Of a stretch of DNA of 19,870 bases, positions 8,042-15,586 are shown in pieces. The position numbers and the translations under genes were made by a program. The notes beneath the pieces were generated by a model. That model ran no database searches. It worked only from the letters and a program-made list of their open reading frames with translations, and had not been told where the DNA came from. This DNA comes from a virus (lineage: Duplodnaviria; Heunggongvirae; Uroviricota; Caudoviricetes), in IMG/VR virus record IMGVR_UViG_2579778899_000005. One strand, written 5' to 3'. The stretch's first letter is position 1; the number at the start of each line of letters is the position of its first letter.

Positions 8042-8090
8042 GTGACATACCGTGACGGAGAGTGACAACCAGTGACACACAGTGACAAAA
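8042..8090 (+). repeat. Five tandem GTGAC(A) motifs at exact 10 bp periodicity
   Basis: GTGAC at 8042, 8052, 8062, 8072 and 8082 (GGTGACATAC CGTGACGGAG AGTGACAACC AGTGACACAC AGTGACAAAA). One copy per helical turn, starting 7 nt after the stop of ORF 7742-8035. Confidence 0.75.
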
Positions 8091-8108
8091 AGACGGTATT
8101 TAAATAGA

Positions 8109-8137
8109 GTGGGTGTTTAATACCCCCCGTTTTTTTT
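8109..8137 (+). terminator. Possible weak terminator (short imperfect stem plus T8 run)
   Basis: GGGT (8111-8114) can pair with ACCC (8122-8125), followed by C-rich bases and TTTTTTTT 8130-8137. The stem is weak, so this is tentative. Confidence 0.35.
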
Positions 8138-8289
8138 CGTGTGGTGCATGGTCAAAATGACCACGGAGAAGATACGCACCGAAGCAGAACAATTACCGTA
8201 GGTTAAAGCGACAGTATTCACACCAGCAACCTGATTATCAATTTTCAGCCGTTCGGTGGCATCACTGGCCCCATTTTCCTGATGGGGTT

Positions 8290-8442
8290 GCGGGTTATTT
8301 GGGGGGTATTTGCGGGTTATTTTGAATGTCTCGCGGGTTACGCTTTGGCTAATATTCAAACGCATCATTTTTTAACGCATTGATATTAAAGAATAAAAAA
8401 TACTTAGCAAGCGAAGATAACCCGCTAACCCGCATAACCCGC
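8290..8442. repeat. Iteron-like repeat clusters: 3x GCGGGTTA(T) at ~22 bp spacing, an AT-rich core, then 3x inverted TAACCCGC in tandem
   Basis: Direct copies start at 8290, 8312 and 8333, with a degenerate GGGGGTATTT copy at 8301-8311. Reverse-complement copies at 8418-8425, 8426-8433 and 8435-8442. They flank a ~75 bp AT-rich segment (8343-8417). A 12 bp GTATATATATAC palindrome follows at 8451-8462. Confidence 0.75.
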
Positions 8443-8629
8443 ACTGTTTTGTATATATATACGAAAAATTGCATTCAGGGGGGTGATCGAAATTTCTACT
8501 GCCTCTTATCTCTTTGAGTGCTCACCTCGTCAGATTGTTACACACAAGAAATAAAAAATGCTTCGCGATGGTAGGTCGAATCACTGTATCAAAAAACGGT
8601 GTGTATCAGCATTAAAACAATACAGATAC

Positions 8630-8650
8630 GTGTATTGCGCTGTGTATTGC
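8630..8650 (+). repeat. Tandem GTGTATTGC repeat (2 copies, 12 bp apart)
   Basis: Copies at 8630-8638 and 8642-8650, with a related GTGTATC at 8601-8607, in AT-rich non-coding DNA. Confidence 0.6.
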
Positions 8651-8736
8651 TTGATGATTTATAAAGACTGTTTTTTCATGTTAAACGATTGATATACAGG
8701 TGATTTTAAAAAACTTGAAATATTCTTACCAAACAC

Positions 8737-9462
8737 ATGAATGTGTGGGTAACAGCAGAGTCTGCCTGGATGGACATGATTAAGTGGGAGAAGTGCGAAT
8801 ACATTGCCCCACGACATGAGCTGAAAACGTATCCCATGTGGGTCGGCGTTGACCTTGCTCATAAGATTGATATCTGTGCGGCGGCAAAACTCTGGCGAAC
8901 GGATAACGGGCATGTTCATGCCGATTTTAAATTCTGGCTTCCGGAAGGACGGCTGGAACGATGCTCGCGGCAGCAGGCAGAACTTTACCGGAAGTGGGCG
9001 GAGATGGATAAGCTGATTCTGACGGATGGTGATGTTATCGATCATGCTCAGATAAAAAGTGACTTACTGGAATGGATTGGTGGTGAAAACCTCAGGGAAC
9101 TGGGATTTGACCCGTGGAGCGCGATGCAGTTCAGCCTGGCACTGGCTGAAGAAGGGATACCGCTGGTGGAGGTTCCGCAGACGGTTCGCAATCTGTCAGA
9201 GGCCATGAAGGAAACGGAATCACTGGTCTATGCCGGGCGTTTCCATCACAGCAATCATCCGGTCATGAACTGGATGATGTCTAACGTTACGGTAAAACCG
9301 GACAAAAACGACAATATCTTCCCGAATAAATCCACGCTGGAAGCCAAAATCGACGGCCCTGTTGCGATGTTTACAGCAATGAGCCGGATGCTGGTCAATG
9401 GTGGTGAACCGGAGCTGGATCTGTCTGAACATCTGGTCAGCGTGGGCATCCGCTCGCTTTAA
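8737..9462 (+). pseudogene. Terminase large subunit remnant: C-terminal nuclease half only, N-terminal ATPase domain absent
   Basis: The 241 aa ORF aligns by eye with the C-terminal ~240 aa of the intact TerL at 6084-7745 (NVWVTAESAWM vs NIWCQGATPWM; VGVDLAHKID vs AGLDLSSTSD). An in-frame stop at 8716-8718 and a lack of SD upstream indicate truncation near 8720-8740. Confidence 0.7.
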
Positions 9463-9473
9463 CCGAGGTCATT

Positions 9474-9656
9474 ATGTTTCTGATAATTCTCGCGCCACTG
9501 GTGGGCGTGCTGGGTGCGCTTTTGCTGGCGTATGGTGCCTGGCTGATTTATCCCCCGGCGGGTTTTGTTGTTGCCGGGGTGCTGTGCCTGTTCTGGTCGT
9601 GGCTGGTGGCGCGATATCTCGACCGTACACAGCCGTCTGTCGGCGGAGGTAAATAG
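9474..9656 (+). CDS. Small hydrophobic protein (60 aa, two predicted transmembrane helices)
   Basis: ATG 9474 with GAGGT 9465-9469. Sequence is dominated by two hydrophobic stretches ([25 protein letters not shown] and [20 protein letters not shown]). Stop TAG 9654-9656 overlaps the portal GTG start. Confidence 0.45.
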   Translation: MFLIILAPLVGVLGALLLAYGAWLIYPPAGFVVAGVLCLFWSWLVARYLDRTQPSVGGGK

Positions 9657-10897
9657 TGTTCTTTTCGGGATTATTTCAACGAAAAAGTGACGCGCCGGTG
9701 ACCACACCAGCAGAGCTGGCGGATGCCATCGGGTTGTCTTACGACACCTATACCGGAAAGCAGATCAGCAGTCAGCGGGCCATGCGACTGACGGCGGTTT
9801 TTTCCTGCGTCAGAGTGCTGGCAGAGTCGGTCGGGATGTTGCCCTGCAATCTGTATCACCTGAACGGCAGCCTGAAACAGAGGGCCACCGGCGAACGTCT
9901 GCATAAGCTGATCTCCACGCATCCCAATGGCTATATGACGCCGCAGGAGTTCTGGGAGCTGGTGGTCACCTGTCTGTGCCTGAGGGGAAACTTTTACGCC
10001 TACAAAGTGAAAGCATTTGGCGAAGTGGCTGAACTGCTGCCCGTCGATCCCGGTTGTGTGGTACCGAAGCTTAACAGTCGCTGGGAGCCGGTCTATCAGG
10101 TCACATTCCCGGACGGTTCCACGGATGTACTGAGCCAGGAAGATATCTGGCATGTGCGCACGTTGACGCTGGACGGTCTGGTGGGACTGAATCCCATCGC
10201 CTATGCCCGCGAGGCAATATCGCTGGCAGCAGCGACCGAAGAGCACGGGGCCAGACTGTTCAGCAATGGTGCGGTGACGTCCGGTGTGTTGCGTACAGAA
10301 CAGACGCTGTCGGATCAGGCTTATGAGCGCCTGAAGAAAGATTTTGAGGAGCGTCACACCGGGCTTGGCAATGCTCACCGCCCGATGATCCTTGAGATGG
10401 GGCTGGACTGGAAGTCGATGGCGCTGAACGCCGAGGACAGCCAGTTCCTGGAAACCCGCAAGTTTCAGCTTGAAGAAATCTGTCGTCTGTTCCGGGTGCC
10501 GTTGCACATGGTGCAGAACACCGATCGCGCCACCTTCAACAATATCGAAGAGCTGGGGCTGGGATTTATCAACTATTCACTGGTGCCGTATCTGACCCGC
10601 ATCGAACAGCGGATCAACACCGGACTGGTACGAAAAAGTAAGCAGGGCGTTTATTACGCCAAATTTAACGCCGGGGCGTTACTGCGCGGGGATATGAAGT
10701 CCCGTTTTGAAGCCTACGCCACCGGGATCAACTGGGGAATTTACTCTCCCAATGACTGCCGCGACCTGGAAGATATGAATCCGCGTCCCGGTGGGGATGT
10801 CTATCTCACACCGATGAACATGACCACGAAACCCTCCGATGGCAGTAAAGCCGGTAAGCAGAAGGATAACGCCAATGCAGACGAAACAACGTCTTGA
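9656..10897 (+). CDS. Portal protein, HK97 family (second copy)
   Basis: GTG 9656 with GGAGG 9645-9649 at 6 nt spacing. 413 aa with portal pattern (RGNFYAYKV, LDWKSMALNAEDSQFLETRKFQLEEICRLFRVP), paralogous to the portal at 3509-4723. Confidence 0.9.
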   Translation: MFFSGLFQRKSDAPVTTPAELADAIGLSYDTYTGKQISSQRAMRLTAVFSCVRVLAESVGMLPCNLYHLNGSLKQRATGERLHKLISTHPNGYMTPQEFWELVVTCLCLRGNFYAYKVKAFGEVAELLPVDPGCVVPKLNSRWEPVYQVTFPDGSTDVLSQEDIWHVRTLTLDGLVGLNPIAYAREAISLAAATEEHGARLFSNGAVTSGVLRTEQTLSDQAYERLKKDFEERHTGLGNAHRPMILEMGLDWKSMALNAEDSQFLETRKFQLEEICRLFRVPLHMVQNTDRATFNNIEELGLGFINYSLVPYLTRIEQRINTGLVRKSKQGVYYAKFNAGALLRGDMKSRFEAYATGINWGIYSPNDCRDLEDMNPRPGGDVYLTPMNMTTKPSDGSKAGKQKDNANADETTS

Positions 10898-11525
10898 TGT
10901 ACCGCTGAGTCTGAAATCTGTCAGTGACTCCGGTGAGTTTGAAGGGTATGGCTCCGTCTTTGGTGTAAAGGACAGCCACGATGATGTGGTGATGTCCGGG
11001 GCATTTGCTGCTTCCCTGCGGGCGTGGAGTGACAGAAAAGCGTTACCTGCGCTGCTCTGGCAGCACCGCATGGATGAACCCATCGGTGTTTACACCGAAA
11101 TGAAGGAAGACGATGTCGGGCTTTACGTCAGGGGACGGTTGCTTATTGATGATGATCCCCTTGCAAAACGCGCACATGCACACATGAAGGCCGGTTCGTT
11201 AACCGGCCTTTCTATTGGGTACGTCCTGAAAGACTGGGAATACGACCGGAGCAAAGAAGCCTTTCTGCTGAAAGAAATCGACCTCTGGGAAGTCAGCCTG
11301 GTGACGTTCCCGTCTAACGACGAGGCGCGGATCAGCGACGTCAAGAACGCACTGGCCCGCGGGGAAATCCCCGAACAGAAAAAAATCGAAAGAGTCCTGC
11401 GTGATGTCGGACTCTCCCGTACCCAGGCCAAAGCATTCATGGCCGGGGGCTATGGCGCACTGTCCCTGCGCGACGCTGAGGATGTGGGCTCTGCACTGAA
11501 TGCACTGAAAAATCTGAACTTCTAA
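10875..11525 (+). CDS. Prohead maturation protease, HK97 (S78) family (second copy)
   Basis: Preferred start ATG 10875 (GAAGGA 10861-10866 upstream); an alternative ATG at 10839 has no SD. Motifs GYGSVFGV and LSIGY. Overlaps the portal 3' end. Stop TAA 11523-11525. Confidence 0.8.
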   Translation: MQTKQRLDVPLSLKSVSDSGEFEGYGSVFGVKDSHDDVVMSGAFAASLRAWSDRKALPALLWQHRMDEPIGVYTEMKEDDVGLYVRGRLLIDDDPLAKRAHAHMKAGSLTGLSIGYVLKDWEYDRSKEAFLLKEIDLWEVSLVTFPSNDEARISDVKNALARGEIPEQKKIERVLRDVGLSRTQAKAFMAGGYGALSLRDAEDVGSALNALKNLNF

Positions 11526-11539
11526 TCAGGAGAAATACG

Positions 11540-12745
11540 ATGGCGGTTGATATTAAAGATGTCGAACAGGTCGCGCAGGAGCTGCAGCAGAAGTTTGACG
11601 ACTTCAAAGCAAAGAACGACAAGCGCGTGGATGCGATTGAGCAGGAAAAAGGCAAACTTGCCGGGCAGGTGGAAACCCTGAACGGGAAACTCAGCGAGCT
11701 GGAAAACCTCAAAAGCGATCTTGAAAAAGAGCTGCTTGAGCTGAAACGTCCGGCAGGTGGTGCGCAAAATAAACTGGCCACCGAGCATAAAGAAGCGTTT
11801 GTGGGCTTCCTGCGTAAAGGCCGTGAAGATGGTCTGCGCGATCTGGAGCGCAAGGCATTACAGGTGGGCACCGATGAAGACGGCGGCTATGCCGTGCCGG
11901 AAGCACTGGATCGCAACATTCTCACCCTGCTGAAAGATGAAGTGGTGATGCGCCAGGAAGCCACGGTGATCACCGTTGGTGGTTCCGACTACAAAAAACT
12001 GGTGAATCTGGGCGGCACGGCTTCCGGATGGGTTGGCGAGACTGACGCGCGCTCCCAGACTGCCACCTCCAGACTGGGCCTGATTGAACCTTTCATGGGG
12101 GAAATCTACGGTAACCCGCAGGCCACCCAGAAAATGCTGGATGATGCCTTTTTCAACGTGGAAGCATGGATCAACAGCGAGCTGGCAACCGAATTTGCCG
12201 AACAGGAAGAAATTGCCTTTACCACCGGCGATGGTACCAAGAAGCCGAAAGGGTTCCTGGCGTATGAGTCCACGGATGAAACCGACAAGGTCCGGGCGTT
12301 CGGCAAACTTCAGCATATTGTATCCGGCGAAGCGACGGCGGTGACCGCAGATGCCATTATCAAACTGATTTACACGCTGCGAAAGGCACACCGCACTGGC
12401 GCGAAGTTCATGATGAACAACAACAGCCTGTTTGCCATCCGTCTGCTGAAAGACACCGAGGGTAACTATCTGTGGCGTCCGGGGCTGGAACTGGGGCAGC
12501 CGTCCTCTCTGGCGGGTTACGGTATCGCTGAAAACGAACAGATGCCGGATATTGCCGCTGATGCGAAAGCCATTGCATTTGGTAACTTCAAACGGGGTTA
12601 CACCATCGTTGACCGTATCGGTACCCGCATTCTGCGTGACCCGTACACCAATAAACCGTTTGTCGGTTTTTATACCACCAAGCGCACCGGCGGCATGCTG
12701 GTCGATTCGCAGGCCATCAAACTGCTGAAGATTGCAGCGGCGTAA
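11540..12745 (+). CDS. Major capsid protein, HK97 family with delta domain (second copy)
   Basis: ATG 11540 with AGGAG 11528-11532. 401 aa with N-terminal coiled coil and HK97-fold motifs (KGFLAYE, GNFKRGYTIVD, GGMLVDSQAIKLLKI). Paralogous to, but diverged from, the capsid at 1752-2897. Confidence 0.9.
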   Translation: MAVDIKDVEQVAQELQQKFDDFKAKNDKRVDAIEQEKGKLAGQVETLNGKLSELENLKSDLEKELLELKRPAGGAQNKLATEHKEAFVGFLRKGREDGLRDLERKALQVGTDEDGGYAVPEALDRNILTLLKDEVVMRQEATVITVGGSDYKKLVNLGGTASGWVGETDARSQTATSRLGLIEPFMGEIYGNPQATQKMLDDAFFNVEAWINSELATEFAEQEEIAFTTGDGTKKPKGFLAYESTDETDKVRAFGKLQHIVSGEATAVTADAIIKLIYTLRKAHRTGAKFMMNNNSLFAIRLLKDTEGNYLWRPGLELGQPSSLAGYGIAENEQMPDIAADAKAIAFGNFKRGYTIVDRIGTRILRDPYTNKPFVGFYTTKRTGGMLVDSQAIKLLKIAAA

Positions 12746-12750
12746 TCATT

Positions 12751-12776
12751 CAGGGGGCGCAGAAGTGCGCCCCCTG
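12751..12776 (+). terminator. Strong stem-loop (terminator-like or attenuator) directly after the second capsid gene
   Basis: 11 bp stem CAGGGGGCGCA (12751-12761) / TGCGCCCCCTG (12766-12776) with loop GAAG, followed by a weak T-rich tract TTCT. Confidence 0.45.
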
Positions 12777-12796
12777 TTCTGACAGGTGAAAGAATC

Positions 12797-12985
12797 ATGA
12801 TCCTGAAACAAGATCTGAAATGGTCACCGGACGGTATGCGTGTTGAGATTATTCGGGCCGGTGAGTATGAAGATAAAGAATTACCCAAACGGGTACGCGA
12901 AATTGCCACTGCAGCTGGGATTGTCTCTGATAAGAGAACACCTGTTGCGCGGGGGGCTGATAAGTCTAAAAAACAGCATTCATAG
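12797..12985 (+). CDS. Hypothetical small protein (62 aa)
   Basis: ATG 12797 with AGGTGA 12784-12789, stop TAG 12983-12985. Sits between the capsid and connector genes. No recognisable family. Confidence 0.5.
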   Translation: MILKQDLKWSPDGMRVEIIRAGEYEDKELPKRVREIATAAGIVSDKRTPVARGADKSKKQHS

Positions 12986-12996
12986 AGGTTGCCCAA

Positions 12997-13302
12997 ATGA
13001 TGCCCACTCTGGAAGAGCTTCGTGTTCAGTGCCGGATTGATGATGACAATGAACAGGAGAATTCTCTTCTTATGATGTATCTGGCTGCTGCTAGGGAAGA
13101 GGCTGAAAAGTTTTTAAACCGGACGCTTTACGATGAAACTGTTTCTGAGCAGGATACGACCGGGATTGTAATAACACCTCTGATAAAACTGCGTCTTATG
13201 CAACTGGTTGGCTACTGGTACGAGAACAGGGAAATGCAGGATGCAGTGCCTGATTTTTTCTATACCGGACTGCGGATGTATCGATTTCATCCCGGAACAT
13301 AG
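12997..13302 (+). CDS. Head-tail connector, gp6-like
   Basis: ATG 12997 with AGAGG upstream. 101 aa with size, position and pattern of gp6-like connectors (compare 4716-5015). Confidence 0.7.
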   Translation: MMPTLEELRVQCRIDDDNEQENSLLMMYLAAAREEAEKFLNRTLYDETVSEQDTTGIVITPLIKLRLMQLVGYWYENREMQDAVPDFFYTGLRMYRFHPGT

Positions 13303-13310
13303 GAGGATTC

Positions 13311-13649
13311 ATGCAGGCAGGAAGATTACGTGATCGTGTGGTTATTCTGAATGCCACCACCGTTCGGTCTCCGTCAGGGCACCCTGTGGAAACAATGACG
13401 GAGGGGGCAACCATATGGGCAGAAGTTAAGGGGATCAGTGGCAGGGAGAGAATATCCGGAGGCGCAGAAACTGCTCAGGCTACAGTGAGGGTCTGGATGA
13501 GATTCCGGCGAGATGTAACTGCAACTTCATGTCTGAAAGTGCTGACTGGTGCATTCAAAGGCGCGATTCTGAGTATAGACGGTCCGCCGATACCGGATGC
13601 TCGTGCCACACGGCTTGAGATACTCTGTTCTCAGAAGGGGAATGTGTGA
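13311..13649 (+). CDS. Head closure / head-tail joining protein
   Basis: ATG 13311 with AGGAGG 13301-13306. N-terminus MQAGRLRDRVVILN is typical of phage head-tail joining proteins. 112 aa. Confidence 0.7.
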   Translation: MQAGRLRDRVVILNATTVRSPSGHPVETMTEGATIWAEVKGISGRERISGGAETAQATVRVWMRFRRDVTATSCLKVLTGAFKGAILSIDGPPIPDARATRLEILCSQKGNV

Positions 13650-14095
13650 TGGATTTCAGTCTTGATTTTTCAGGTCTGGCGGATATTGCACGGGATCTGG
13701 AGACGCTCAGCAGGGCAGAAAACAATAAGGTACTGCGCGATGCCACCCGTGCCGGTGCTGAAGTTATGCGGGATGCAGTTGTTGAACGTGCGCCGGAGCG
13801 AACCGGGAAACTGAAGAAAAATGTGGTTGTTCTCACTCAGCGTTCAAAGCGTCGGGGGGAAATTATCTCGGGTGTCCACATTCGTGGACGGAACCTGCGA
13901 ACCGGAAACAGTGATAACAGCATGAAAGCCAGTGATCCCCGAAATGCGTTTTACTGGCGCTTTGTGGAGCTGGGAACGATAAACATGCCCGCGCATCCGT
14001 TCATTCGCCCAGCTTTCGATACGACAGAGGAACTGGCAGCACAGATTGCCATACAGCGAATGAATCAGGCTATTGATGAGGTCTTAAGTAAATGA
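13649..14095 (+). CDS. HK97 gp10-family tail/neck component
   Basis: ATG 13649 overlaps the upstream stop (GTGATG). 148 aa with the pattern of HK97 gp10-family proteins (...RDATRAGAEVMRDAVVERAPERTGKL...). Confidence 0.65.
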   Translation: MDFSLDFSGLADIARDLETLSRAENNKVLRDATRAGAEVMRDAVVERAPERTGKLKKNVVVLTQRSKRRGEIISGVHIRGRNLRTGNSDNSMKASDPRNAFYWRFVELGTINMPAHPFIRPAFDTTEELAAQIAIQRMNQAIDEVLSK

Positions 14096-14436
14096 GAGAG
14101 ACCACACTGTATTCCCTGCTGTCTCAACTGGCCGGAGGACAGGTTTATCCTTATGTGGTCCCGCTGACGGAGGGAAAGCCTGCGGTATCTCCGCCATGGC
14201 TGGTATTTTCTGTGGTGTCTGACACTGCGTCTGATGTGCTTGATGGTCAGGCTGAATCCAGAATTACCGTGCAGATCGATGTCTGGGCAACAGTACCTGA
14301 TGACGCAGATGATATCCGTGAGCAGGCGCTTGATGCGGTAAGGCAACTTGCACCTTCCGTTATTTCTAAAACTCAGGGTTATGATCCTGATTCCCGTCTG
14401 AGCAGATCCACGCTTGAATTTCAGGTAATAGCCTGA
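14092..14436 (+). CDS. Tail completion/terminator-like protein (DUF3168-like)
   Basis: ATG 14092 overlaps the upstream stop (ATGA). 114 aa with motifs VYPYVVP and RITVQIDVWA. Occupies the usual tail-completion position before the major tail gene. Confidence 0.55.
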   Translation: MRETTLYSLLSQLAGGQVYPYVVPLTEGKPAVSPPWLVFSVVSDTASDVLDGQAESRITVQIDVWATVPDDADDIREQALDAVRQLAPSVISKTQGYDPDSRLSRSTLEFQVIA

Positions 14437-14456
14437 GGTCGTTAATGATTTTACCC

Positions 14457-14480
14457 ACCCGCCGCTGGCGGGTTTTTTAT
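14457..14480 (+). terminator. Rho-independent terminator between the neck genes and the major tail gene
   Basis: ACCCGCC (14457-14463), loop GCT, GGCGGGT (14467-14473), then TTTTTT 14473-14478. The major tail RBS (CAGGAGA 14484-14490) and ATG 14496 follow. Confidence 0.55.
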
Positions 14481-14495
14481 TTTCAGGAGACGAGT

Positions 14496-15200
14496 ATGTC
14501 CTCTAATTTTGAGCGTTCGCAACTGACGAAAATTATGATTTCGTCTGCACCGGTAACAGCAGAAACCCTGGATTCTGCCAGCTATCTTGGCCTGAGCTGT
14601 ACAATCAAAGAGGTGCAGTTTACCGCAGGACAAAAGCAGGATATTGATGTCACCACGCTGTGTTCTGTTGAGCAGGAAAATATTAACGGCCTTGGTGCCG
14701 CGTCAGAGATTTCCATGTCAGGCAACTTTTACCTCAATGCTGCCCAGAACGCGTTGCGCAGTGCCTATGACAATGACACCACGTATGGCTTTAAAGTTAT
14801 TTTTCCGTCAGGCAACGGATTTACCTTTATGGCAGAGGTGCGTCAGCATACCTGGTCTGCAGGAACTAATGGTGTTGTGGCTGCAACGTTTTCCCTGCGC
14901 CTGAAAGGTAAACCTGTGCTGACGACAGAGCCGCTGAAAGTGAAGGTCGATTTAAACAGCACGCTGCAGGTTTCTGCCGGAGCGAAACTCGAAATGGTGG
15001 TTGAGGCTGCCGGTGGTGTGCCGCCTTATTCTTATGTCTGGAAGAAAGGTAGTTCTCCTGTTTCCGGACAGACGGCGGCAACATTCAGTAAGGCATCAGC
15101 AGCATCAGGTGATGCCGGTGCGTATACCTGCGAGATTTCTGATTCAGCAAGCCCTGTTAACAAGGTGACCTCCACTTCCTGCACTGTTACCGTCAGTTAA
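14496..15200 (+). CDS. Major tail (tube) protein with C-terminal Ig-like domain
   Basis: ATG 14496 with GGAGA upstream. 234 aa. The C-terminal ~80 aa has Ig-like features (alternating beta pattern, GAYTCEISD motif), as in lambda gpV-type proteins. Stop TAA 15198-15200. Confidence 0.75.
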   Translation: MSSNFERSQLTKIMISSAPVTAETLDSASYLGLSCTIKEVQFTAGQKQDIDVTTLCSVEQENINGLGAASEISMSGNFYLNAAQNALRSAYDNDTTYGFKVIFPSGNGFTFMAEVRQHTWSAGTNGVVAATFSLRLKGKPVLTTEPLKVKVDLNSTLQVSAGAKLEMVVEAAGGVPPYSYVWKKGSSPVSGQTAATFSKASAASGDAGAYTCEISDSASPVNKVTSTSCTVTVS

Positions 15201-15586
15201 TGAGGATAGATGTGATGACTAAAAATATCCGCAATCTGGCACTGGCAACGATGTCGGGGTTTCGCCATAAAACTGTTGATGTGCCTGAATGGGAAGGGGC
15301 AACGGTTGTATTACGGGAACCTTCTGCAGAAGCCTGGTTGCGCTGGCAGGAGATCGTTAAAGCAAAAGATGATGAGACACCGTTATCCGTTGCGGAGCGC
15401 GCCCGCCGAAATCTGGAGGCAGATGTTGAACTGTTCATTGATGTTCTGTGTGATACCGGACTGCAACCTGTATTTTCAGAGGATGATCGTGAACAGGTGA
15501 TTGCCGTGTATGGCCCGGTGCATGCGCGGCTTCTTCGGCAGTCTCTGGAACTGATCAGTGATGCCGGCGAGGTTAAAAAAAAGTAG
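15200..15586 (+). CDS. Tail assembly chaperone, G-like (zero-frame product)
   Basis: ATG 15200 overlaps the major tail stop (TAATG). 128 aa ending EVKKK-stop. Lies immediately upstream of the tape measure gene and ends in a slippery A-run. Confidence 0.75.
   Translation: MRIDVMTKNIRNLALATMSGFRHKTVDVPEWEGATVVLREPSAEAWLRWQEIVKAKDDETPLSVAERARRNLEADVELFIDVLCDTGLQPVFSEDDREQVIAVYGPVHARLLRQSLELISDAGEVKKK

Noticed and set aside
8117-8368. 83 aa minus-strand ORF in the junction
   Set aside because: No SD upstream of its start, it runs through the repeat arrays, and its translation is low-complexity. More likely non-coding.
8560-8590. tRNA-like T-loop resemblance (GGTCGAATCA), checked as a possible tRNA 3' end marking an att site
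   Set aside because: No flanking complementary T-stem or acceptor stem, and no cloverleaf can be drawn. Treated as chance similarity.
8036-8736. CRISPR array
   Set aside because: The repeats are 8-15 bp with 10-22 bp periodicity and are not separated by unique ~30 bp spacers. No cas genes are present in the window.
14644-14904. Internal + strand ORFs in alternative frames (for example 14644-14904, 2248-2523, 3855-4127, 12084-12344)
   Set aside because: Fully nested in another frame inside the capsid, portal or major tail genes, with no independent support.
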